Below, in pieces: positions 18,101 to 24,958 of a stretch of DNA of 64,000 nt. The stretch is from NCBI GenBank assembly GCA_964481395.1, contig CAYZYG010000009.1, forward strand, positions 959-64,958, written 5' to 3'. Each line of letters opens with the position of its first letter. The first letter of the stretch is position 1. A program made the translations under genes and the position numbers. The notes below the pieces were generated by a model. It was not told the origin of the DNA, ran no database searches, and worked only from the letters and a program-made list of their open reading frames with translations. Source of the stretch: an uncultured Vicinamibacterales bacterium (GTDB lineage: Bacteria; Acidobacteriota; Vicinamibacteria; Vicinamibacterales; JAKQTR01).

Positions 18101-19087
18101 TCCCCGGACGGGCCATCCGATCGTCACGGGCTCTCCCGGCCGAACACGGCCGCGGACGACGGTAACGGAGCACTCGGTCGGACCGTATCCGTTCTCAAGC
18201 CACAGGCCCTCAGACCAGAGGTCGGCCAGATCCGCCGGCAGCGCCTCACCGCCGACGTAGACGAGCTTCAGATCGGGCAGCTCGGCCCGGGGGTGGCTGC
18301 AGCCCATGCTGCGAAGGAGCGTCGGCGGCGGGCAGAAGACGGTGATGCGTTCCCGGCGGAGCCAGGGGACGAGATCCGGCCCCAGCCTCACGGTGTCGTC
18401 GTCCAGCGGTACGAGTGTTGCCCCAGCGGCGAACGCGAGCCAGCTCTCCTCGAGCGACGAATCGTAGGCCGGGGAGGAACACTGCGCGACGCGTTCGTTC
18501 GGCGTCAGACGGAAGTACTCGAGATCGGACGCCACGAGATTGCCGATGCCGCGATGCTCGATCATCACGCCTTTGGGCTCGCCTGTCGTGCCCGAGGTGT
18601 AGATGACGTACGCGAGATTGGAGAGATCGCCGTCGCGGCCGTTCAGCGACCGGACGGGAGGCGGCAGGCCTCGGGGAACCACGACCGGTCGCGGCCGGGC
18701 CCCGATCGCCGTCAGCCTGGCCTGGCCCTCTTCGCTGGTGATGACCGCCGCGGGATCGGCATCGTCCAGAATGCGGCGCACGTGTTCGTCCGGGAACACC
18801 GGATCGAGGCAGGTGAAGGCGCCGCCGACCTTCATCACGCCAATCTGCGCCGCGTACAACGCCGGCGTTTCACGGCCGAGAAAGACAGCGACGAGGCCTT
18901 CCGGAGCGACCAGGCTCTCCAGGGATTCGGCGACGGCGTCCGCCTGATGGCGGAGCGCCGCGTAGGTGATCTGCTGCCGATCGCGCCGCCCCCGTCCCGG
19001 TGGGACGTCGACGGCCACGCGGTTCGGGCAGCGCCCGGCGACCTCGTCGAAGAGCCGGTGGAGGAGCGGTATGCCGTCCGGGGGCAT
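15122..19087 (-). CDS. Pls/PosA-type single-module NRPS: adenylation + thiolation + three TM-separated hexapeptide-like C-terminal domains
   Basis: A-domain cores YTSGTTGEPKG, NGYGPTE, YRTGD, GRIDGQVKLRGYRVEL. Carrier motif LGGDSL. These are followed by three MRIGR/RVYIH-type left-handed-helix-like segments, each preceded by hydrophobic TM pairs. 1321 aa. Confidence 0.9.
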   Translation of the reverse strand: MPPDGIPLLHRLFDEVAGRCPNRVAVDVPPGRGRRDRQQITYAALRHQADAVAESLESLVAPEGLVAVFLGRETPALYAAQIGVMKVGGAFTCLDPVFPDEHVRRILDDADPAAVITSEEGQARLTAIGARPRPVVVPRGLPPPVRSLNGRDGDLSNLAYVIYTSGTTGEPKGVMIEHRGIGNLVASDLEYFRLTPNERVAQCSSPAYDSSLEESWLAFAAGATLVPLDDDTVRLGPDLVPWLRRERITVFCPPPTLLRSMGCSHPRAELPDLKLVYVGGEALPADLADLWSEGLWLENGYGPTECSVTVVRGRVRPGEPVTIGWPVRGHRAFVLDDALEELPDGEPGELCLAGPGLARGYRGREAVTATKFPVHPVHGRIYRTGDLVRRNGHSALEYLGRIDGQVKLRGYRVELTAIEAHLAALPGIRAAACRVQGSGARQVLAAHIVPNGPLGPVDTAALKTALRRVLPEYMVPNRFGVTADLPTTVGGKLDRKSLPDLPPENGNGREAVVGARSDDERAVAAAFAASLHHDGPLSVDDDFFLDLGGDSLAAVAAVCELRDAGVAGGATATVRDLYEARTVAALAARMRARKSTALSTLPPRAGGPQRAGRPVLSTTIQSVWLALRVVAVGAVLAFAAFEILPWALSNVGLVGVVAAMPVVIVLATLARLLASVPLTLLVKRLAVGRYTPTRAPVWSGFYTRHWIVVSTAQSIPWRWIEGTPVLPFVLRCLGAQIGKRVYIHRGVDLQRGGWDLLSIGDGATLAQDSGARLVEREDGHVVIGPIHIGADATLDVRAGMSPGSAVGRGGFLAPLSWLPAGQSVGDHERWTGVPATRTGEAPPAPDVTRGREIGPVGYTLLAIGGRTAATLASWIPIVLGMIAAAALVPDLDSRVLAWLEHPAVSARGVVIVIAGAFVVVAARLVTQGVVMRLTRPISPGVVSQWSAESIRIWTRTGIVDAASRWLSGGLFWPWWLRLAGMRIGRNCEVSTIIDVLPETVSIGDESFFADGIYFCAPWRHRGTVTIADTSLGRSTFLGNHAVVPAGHAWPADLFIGVATVADADVARTDSTWFGVPPMELPRREVVTADRSLTHDPDALRYATRFFWESLRLGLPVVPLLIAYLWYAGLFLGSRRVGGAFSHFVLAPAVTLAAAGVLVGATVVLKWLLLGRVRSGQHPLWSCWCSRWDFFYVAWNQWARGVLAQLEGTLLINAVLRLMGMRIGRRVVLGPGFAQVVDPDMLHFEDDSTVSCDLQAHTFEDRILKIDKVRVGRSASVGSHTVVFYGADIGDRAFVAPQGIVMKRDALEPDRIYAGSPTRAVE

Positions 19088-19104
19088 ATGGGCGCGCGAG
19101 CCCT

Positions 19105-19557
19105 CTACTTCGGATGCGTGTAATAGATCTTGCCGACGATCTTCCAGCCCTCCGGGAACTTGTAGAGCGAGAGGTAGTCGGTGAACGTGTGGACGCCGTC
19201 CCGCCAGATCTCGACCCGGACGACGGCGGCGGTGCCCTGTATGTCAACCTGGGTGAAGTCGTACTTGATGGCGGGCGGCTTCGGCGCCGCAGGATCGGCG
19301 GCGGCCTTTTCGATACGCCCGGCCCAGTCCGCGAGCGTCACGAAGGACATCTTCCCGTCGCCGCCGAGGACGAGCATGCGGAAGTCGGGGTGGAAGCCGG
19401 CCCGCATGGCGGCGGCATCGCGCTTGATGTGGACGCCGTTGATGTACGCCTCGGTGACGACCTTGATGACGTCCTCCCGGTCGGCCGCGAGGCCGGACGA
19501 CGGGACCATCAGCATCAGGCAGATCGCGAAGGCGACGGCGGTGATCGGTCTGAACAT
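19105..19557 (-). CDS. NTF2-like (SnoaL / putative lumazine-binding) exported protein
   Basis: ATG at 19557 after GAGGAG. Signal peptide MFRPITAVAFAICLMLMVPSSGLA, and an NTF2-like pattern ending YKFPEGWKIVGK. Confidence 0.7.
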   Translation of the reverse strand: MFRPITAVAFAICLMLMVPSSGLAADREDVIKVVTEAYINGVHIKRDAAAMRAGFHPDFRMLVLGGDGKMSFVTLADWAGRIEKAAADPAAPKPPAIKYDFTQVDIQGTAAVVRVEIWRDGVHTFTDYLSLYKFPEGWKIVGKIYYTHPK

Positions 19558-19667
19558 GGCCACTCCTCTACGCGAGTGCCGGAAGCGGGGCACGGCGCGT
19601 CATCGCAGTGTAGCAAACACGGAGGAGGATCGAACGGGGATTCCCGGATTCGTGAGACGATGAAGGC

Positions 19668-20195
19668 ATGTCGATCCTGAAGATGCTGGGTTTCGGTCGC
19701 GGGGGCGACCAGGGCCGGTCCGGCAACACCGATACCGTGCGGCGCATCGTCGATGCCCTGCAGCACATGGAGCCCGACCGCGCGCGGTACGTCGCCGCGT
19801 TCGCGTACATCCTCGGTCGCGTGGCCATCGCCGACCACGAGGTCAGCGACGCCGAGACGCGTCTGATGGAGCGGATTGTGATGGAGCGGGGCGGGCTTCC
19901 CGAGGAGCAGGCCATCATCGTCGTCCAGATCGCGCGCAGCCAGAACCAGCTCTTCGGCGGAACCGAGGACTTTCTCGTGACGAGGGAGTTCAACACGCTC
20001 GCCAGCTACGAACAGAAGCTGGCCCTCATCGACTGCCTCTTCGCCGTGTCGTCGGTGGACGGCACCATTGCCCTGAGCGAGGAGCAGGAGATCGCCCGGA
20101 CGGCCCTCGAACTCAAAGTCGAGCACGCCGATGTGGTCCGGGCCCGCGTGGCCTACCGCGAGTATCTGGCCGTCCTGAAGCGCGACATGCCCTGA
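19668..20195 (+). CDS. TerB-family (tellurite-resistance TerB-like) protein
   Basis: The patterns AFAYILGRVAIADHEVSDAETRLM and LIDCLFAVSSVDGTIALSEEQEI resemble the tandem TerB helical repeat. Confidence 0.7.
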   Translation: MSILKMLGFGRGGDQGRSGNTDTVRRIVDALQHMEPDRARYVAAFAYILGRVAIADHEVSDAETRLMERIVMERGGLPEEQAIIVVQIARSQNQLFGGTEDFLVTREFNTLASYEQKLALIDCLFAVSSVDGTIALSEEQEIARTALELKVEHADVVRARVAYREYLAVLKRDMP

Positions 20196-20417
20196 TTCCT
20201 GAGCACGCCGGAGCTTCGCTCTTCCTTCGCGGAGCGGCCGCTTCCGATCCCGCATCCTTTGAAGTCCCGTCTGGCGGACGCCGATACAGCAGTTAGCGTG
20301 GAGTGTCCCACGGGTGGCCCCCTGTGCACGCGGCAATCGTCCGCCGGGGCGGTCGAGATTCCGCGCGAGGTCTGACACCGGTCGAAGCCACAGGAGCGCC
20401 GAGTAGAGCGAACGAGC

Positions 20418-22517
20418 ATGTCAGCCGGCATCAGCCAGACCCCCGCGTCCGTGGAGACTCAGATCCTGCAGTTCGCGCGGGCGTTTCGAAGTGCCGCCCG
20501 CGTGGTCGGCTTCTACCCGCCCGCCCATCCTGCTGTCGGCACGTCGCTGGAACACGTCGCGGCGGCCGCACGCAGCGCGGCGGCCGGGCGTCCCCTGGCG
20601 CTCACCATCCTGCCGGACGCATTCCTCGTGGGGGGCGAGCCGCTCGAGAGCCGGGAGACGGCCATCGCCGAGCTGGCCGAGATTCTGCACCGCCACCGTG
20701 TCGGGGCCCTGAATCTCCGGGGCAGCGCCGGCACCCAGGCCTGGCGCGCGCTGTTCGAACTGCTGGCGCTGCCGCCGGAGGACATCAGCGCCACGGGCGG
20801 CATCCAGCGCAGGTGGATGGCCCTCCGGTACTCGGACCCCGTGATTCTCGAAATCGACTTTGGCGAGATGCTGCGGGGACGTGTCGGCGGTGACTTCGCC
20901 GAGCTGGCCGGCGTCATCAACCACTATCTCGAGGCAGCGGGCGTCGGGTCGTCCTTCGCGGACGACCCCTACGCCATTCTCCTGGCGGCGCTGGAGAGGG
21001 CGGTCGGCGACGAAGCCGCCGTGGCGACCCTGATTGCCGAACTCCGCGCCGGGGCGCAGCTCATCCGGATGACCCAGGCCGACCGCTTCGACCATCTGAT
21101 GCGGAACGCTGCGCGCATCGGCGAACACCTCACCGAGAGCCAGATGGCCGGGCTGCTCGGGGAGCGGGGCAAACCCACGGCGCTGGTGGGGGCCGTCGAC
21201 GTGGTCGCGTCCCTCATCGAGCGGATGTCCGACACGACGGTGGCCCGGTTCCTGGCGGCGGCGATGAGCATTGGGGACCGGCCGTCGGACCGGTTGATCG
21301 AGGTCTTCACGTCGCTCGCGCCAGACGCGCAGCGGCGGTCGGCCATCCTGCCGATGGCGCGTGCCAGTGTCGCCGGTATTTCACCGGACGCGGTGGCAGG
21401 GTGGACGGACCTGGAACGGCAGCTGGAGTCCCTGTCGGATCGGCAGTTCGTGTCGGACGCGTACGAACGGGAACTCGAAACCGCGAGACGCCGCAGCGAG
21501 GAGGCGGGGCGCCTGAGCCAGGATCCGCCGGAGCGCATCACCGCATGGGTGCAGTCGCTGGACGACGGCGCGGTAGAGGATCTGGACCTGCGGCTCATCG
21601 AGGACCTCGCGCGGATCGAGCAGGATCCCGCCCAGTTCCGCGTCGTGGTCGGTATCTTGATCGGCCGAATCAACGAGGCCGCCGAGCCCGGTGACTGGGC
21701 CACGGCCGGGCGGCTTGCGGCCGCTCTGATGGGTGCGGTGAGGGCGGCGACCGCGGGAGAATTGGCCGAGGCCGCGACCCACGCCCACACGCTGCTCAGA
21801 GACTCGCCGGCGTGCGCTGATGCCCTGGCGGCGCTTGAGGATGCTCGAACGGCGGCCCCTGTAGGGCAGATCAGGTTCCTCCTGACCGTCGGTCCGGCCC
21901 TGATCCCCCGAATCGTGCGTCGGTGGGTCACGGCCAAGGAGCCTGCCGTGCGCGCGCGCCTCGAGTCAGCGCTCGGAGAGTTCGGGAAGGAGGGACGTGA
22001 GGCCCTCCGCCGGATGCTCGGTTCGACGGAGACGTCACTGAAGACGGCTGCGATCAGATTGCTGAACGTGGGATCTGCGACGGACCATCTCGGCGCGCTC
22101 GAATCGCTTCTGTCCGACGCCAGTCAGGACGTGCGCCAGGAAGCGCTCCGGGCGCTGACCACGGCCGAAGCGGACCGAGCGCATGAGGTGCTGGCGAGAG
22201 GGATCGCACGTGCCGACGCCGACCAACAGCTTGCGTTCGTCGGCGAGCTCGTCGCGGTGTCGGGACGGGGGCTGGTGCCGGTCCTCCGGCGCCTCGTGTC
22301 GTACCTCGACCAAGCTGCCGTGGAGCCGCAGGTGTACCTCGCGGTCATCGACGGTCTGAAGCAGACGGGCGGTCCCGAGGCCGCGTCAGCGCTGCGGCAG
22401 GTGTCCGAGCGCGGGTCCTGGCGGACGCCGCTCCGCACGATGAAATTCCGGAGCGCCGCGAAGAACGCGCTGCGCACGATCGGATCACCCGATCTGCCCG
22501 GTGGGAGCCACGCATGA
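20418..22517 (+). CDS. Hypothetical protein with C-terminal HEAT-like repeats and an N-terminal domain resembling that of the downstream HD-GYP protein
   Basis: 699 aa. The C-terminal ~250 aa show repeated Ala/Leu-rich helical pairs (e.g. DVRQEALRAL). The stop overlaps the next start (ATGA). Confidence 0.7.
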   Translation: MSAGISQTPASVETQILQFARAFRSAARVVGFYPPAHPAVGTSLEHVAAAARSAAAGRPLALTILPDAFLVGGEPLESRETAIAELAEILHRHRVGALNLRGSAGTQAWRALFELLALPPEDISATGGIQRRWMALRYSDPVILEIDFGEMLRGRVGGDFAELAGVINHYLEAAGVGSSFADDPYAILLAALERAVGDEAAVATLIAELRAGAQLIRMTQADRFDHLMRNAARIGEHLTESQMAGLLGERGKPTALVGAVDVVASLIERMSDTTVARFLAAAMSIGDRPSDRLIEVFTSLAPDAQRRSAILPMARASVAGISPDAVAGWTDLERQLESLSDRQFVSDAYERELETARRRSEEAGRLSQDPPERITAWVQSLDDGAVEDLDLRLIEDLARIEQDPAQFRVVVGILIGRINEAAEPGDWATAGRLAAALMGAVRAATAGELAEAATHAHTLLRDSPACADALAALEDARTAAPVGQIRFLLTVGPALIPRIVRRWVTAKEPAVRARLESALGEFGKEGREALRRMLGSTETSLKTAAIRLLNVGSATDHLGALESLLSDASQDVRQEALRALTTAEADRAHEVLARGIARADADQQLAFVGELVAVSGRGLVPVLRRLVSYLDQAAVEPQVYLAVIDGLKQTGGPEAASALRQVSERGSWRTPLRTMKFRSAAKNALRTIGSPDLPGGSHA

Positions 22518-23932
22518 TGGATCGGGGAGTGCGGCTGCAGCGATTCGAAGAAGTCGTTCACCGGCTCAGCGGCGCGCTCAACGCCGCGCGCATGTACTCC
22601 AGCGACCACCCGAGTGTCGCCGAGCACTGCCGGGCGCTCGTTGCCGCGCTCGGGCCGCTCTATCAGACCGAGAAGGCGGTGCTCATCGGATTCCTCGGCG
22701 GAGAGGTTATCGCCGACGACACTCCCCTGCTTCGGGCGAGCGCCTACCGGACCGAGCTCATCCGCGACATGCAGGCGCTGGGCGTCCATCGGGTGATCTT
22801 CGAGCGGGGCGTGACCGAGGAGGAGGTCAGGCAGTTCGTGCACGCCGCGGCCATCGCCCGGCCTGAGGACCGGACGGCAGTTGATGACGCCGCCGCGTCT
22901 GACGCGACTGTAGACTTCCTCGTGCTCGCGCACCTCAGGGCCGGACGCATCCCCGTCGACGGCACGGCTGGCCGGTGGGGATCCAGTTTCGTGTCGGCCC
23001 GCCAGGTGTACAGCGGGTCGGTTGAGTCGGCTCGTGCCGTGTGGGACAACGCGCTGGCAGAGGGGCGCGCCGACACGCTGCTGGCGCGCGAGACGGTCGA
23101 TCAGCTTGCCGAGGCCGTCGGCGACTCGATGGGCCTGATGATCGGACTCACAGGAATGAAAAGCCACGATGAGTACACGTTCACCCACATGGTGAACGTG
23201 TCCATCCTGACCATGGCGCAGGCACGCTCGCTCGGCGTCGAAGGGTCGCAGTTGCGCGCGCTCGGCCTGGCCGGGTTGATGCACGACATCGGCAAGGTCA
23301 AGACGCCGCTCGAGATCCTCACCAAGCCCAGCAAACTGACGGATCGTGAGTTCGACATCATGAAGCGGCACCCGGTCGAGGGCGCGGAAATGCTGCGTTC
23401 GGCGGCCGAGATGCCCCGCATCGCGCCCGTCGTGGCCTTCGAGCATCACCTGCGGCTCGACGGGACCGGCTACCCGTTCGGCCTGCAGCGGCCTGGACTG
23501 AACCTCGCGACGCAACTCGTCGGGATTGCCGACGTCTACGACGCCATGCGATCGAAACGGTCGTACCAGCAGGCATTTCCCACGGACCGGATCATCGAGG
23601 TGATGCGGCGCAACGACGGCAAGCAGTTCGACCAGCACCTCGTGCGTCGTTTCATCGACCTGATGGGCGTGTACCCCCCGGGATCGCTCGTCCGCCTGTC
23701 GACCAACGAGGTGGCGGTCGTCGTGGCGAACGACGGTCCTGACCCGTCGCAGCCTACGGTGAAGGTGCTGTTCGACTCGGGCAGTCAGCCCTTGCCGGAT
23801 CCGGAGACGCGCCGGCTGTGGGCTGAGGCGTCCGACGATCCCTACGGGGATCCCGGGACGAGCATCGTCGAGGCCCTCGACCCGTCGGCGTTCGACGTCG
23901 ACGCCCTCAGTCTGCTGGCGGCGACGTCCTGA
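22514..23932 (+). CDS. HD-GYP domain phosphohydrolase (probable c-di-GMP phosphodiesterase)
   Basis: HDIGKVKTP...KRHPVEG...FEHHLRLDGTGYPFG is the HD-GYP signature. Confidence 0.9.
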   Translation: MMDRGVRLQRFEEVVHRLSGALNAARMYSSDHPSVAEHCRALVAALGPLYQTEKAVLIGFLGGEVIADDTPLLRASAYRTELIRDMQALGVHRVIFERGVTEEEVRQFVHAAAIARPEDRTAVDDAAASDATVDFLVLAHLRAGRIPVDGTAGRWGSSFVSARQVYSGSVESARAVWDNALAEGRADTLLARETVDQLAEAVGDSMGLMIGLTGMKSHDEYTFTHMVNVSILTMAQARSLGVEGSQLRALGLAGLMHDIGKVKTPLEILTKPSKLTDREFDIMKRHPVEGAEMLRSAAEMPRIAPVVAFEHHLRLDGTGYPFGLQRPGLNLATQLVGIADVYDAMRSKRSYQQAFPTDRIIEVMRRNDGKQFDQHLVRRFIDLMGVYPPGSLVRLSTNEVAVVVANDGPDPSQPTVKVLFDSGSQPLPDPETRRLWAEASDDPYGDPGTSIVEALDPSAFDVDALSLLAATS

Positions 23933-24008
23933 CCCGGCTCGTGTCCGCTTCTCCGTGCCTGCCTGGCATCGCCGAGGGCTGGAAGCCTCGAGCGCCGACC
24001 TGGAGAAC

Positions 24009-24074
24009 GTCATTCCGGGAGCGCGAAGCGAAGCCCGGAATCCAGCTCTGGATTCCCGCTTCCGCGGGAATGAC
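24009..24074. repeat. MITE-like imperfect inverted-repeat element (GTCATTCC...GGGAATGAC), copy 1
   Basis: Termini GTCATTCCGGGAG / CGCGGGAATGAC are inverted. Translating it gives the WIPxSAGMT-type pseudo-peptide. A second copy is at 60215-60312. Confidence 0.75.
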
Positions 24075-24104
24075 GTGGGGTGGCGCCAGGGGACATCCAC
24101 AGCC

Positions 24105-24167
24105 GATCTCCGGTCCCCGGTCCCCGATCCCCGGTCCCCGATCCCTGTTCTCCGACTCCCGGTTCCC
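24105..24167. repeat. Heptamer tandem repeat, C-rich class (GGTCCCC/GATCCCC, about 9 units)
   Basis: GATCTCC GGTCCCC GGTCCCC GATCCCC GGTCCCC GATCCCT GTTCTCC GACTCCC GGTTCCC, read directly. Confidence 0.9.
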
Positions 24168-24182
24168 GACCTGTCCGTTTCC

Positions 24183-24875
24183 CTATCCCTGCCCGTAGTA
24201 CGCTGCCGGACCGTGTTTGCGCTCGAAGTGTTTCCGGAGCAGTACCTGGTCTATCGGGGCGGCCTGCGGATTGGCAGCGAGCGTTTCGGTCGCGAGCCTG
24301 GCGATGTACTCGGTGGCGATGGCGCGGTCGACGGCTTCGTCCGGCGTGGCTCCCCAGCAGACCGGACCATGGTTGGAGACGAGTACGGCGGGGAATTCTG
24401 ACGGATCCACCCCGTTGAAGCGTTCCACAATGACCAGGCCGGTGTTCAGCTCGTACTCGTGCTCGATCTCCGCCGGGGTCATCGGGCGAGTGCACGGAAC
24501 GGGACCGTTGAAGTAGTCGGCGTGCGTCGTGCCGAACACCGGGATCTCGCGACGCGCCTGCGCCCAGGCGGTGGCGTACAGGCTGTGCGTGTGGACGATG
24601 CCTCCAACGCCGGGAAATGCCCGGTAGAGAGCCAGGTGCGTGGGCGTATCCGAGCTGGGACGAAGCGTCCCGCCGACGACGTCGCCCCCCTCGAGTGAGA
24701 CGACGACCATCTGCCCCGCCGTCATGATGTCGTACGCGACGCCAGACGGCTTGATGACGACGAGGCCGCGCTCGCGGTCGATGCCGCTGACGTTGCCGAA
24801 CGTTCCCGTGACGAGTCCGGCTCGCACGACCTGTTGATTGGCGGCGAGCACCTGCTGCTTCAGGCTTTCCAGCAT
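24183..24875 (-). CDS. araD: L-ribulose-5-phosphate 4-epimerase
   Basis: GNVSGIDRERGLVVIKPSGV, SSDTPTHLALY and IVHTHS match class II aldolase/AraD. Confidence 0.9.
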   Translation of the reverse strand: MLESLKQQVLAANQQVVRAGLVTGTFGNVSGIDRERGLVVIKPSGVAYDIMTAGQMVVVSLEGGDVVGGTLRPSSDTPTHLALYRAFPGVGGIVHTHSLYATAWAQARREIPVFGTTHADYFNGPVPCTRPMTPAEIEHEYELNTGLVIVERFNGVDPSEFPAVLVSNHGPVCWGATPDEAVDRAIATEYIARLATETLAANPQAAPIDQVLLRKHFERKHGPAAYYGQG

Positions 24876-24958
24876 CGGGCTATCTTACCGAAAAGACGAC
24901 GCGCCTCTCCCGGGCGAGGAGCCCGGCAAGATCGAATGCCACCTCTTCCTGTCAAAGG

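Noticed and set aside
23941-24401. Short plus-strand ORFs (23941-24198, 23955-24401, 24080-24418) encoding WIPASAGMT- and PGPRSP-type peptides.
   Set aside because: They are translations of the MITE-like element and the C-rich heptamer array, and they overlap araD on the other strand. They have no RBS and no coding-like composition.
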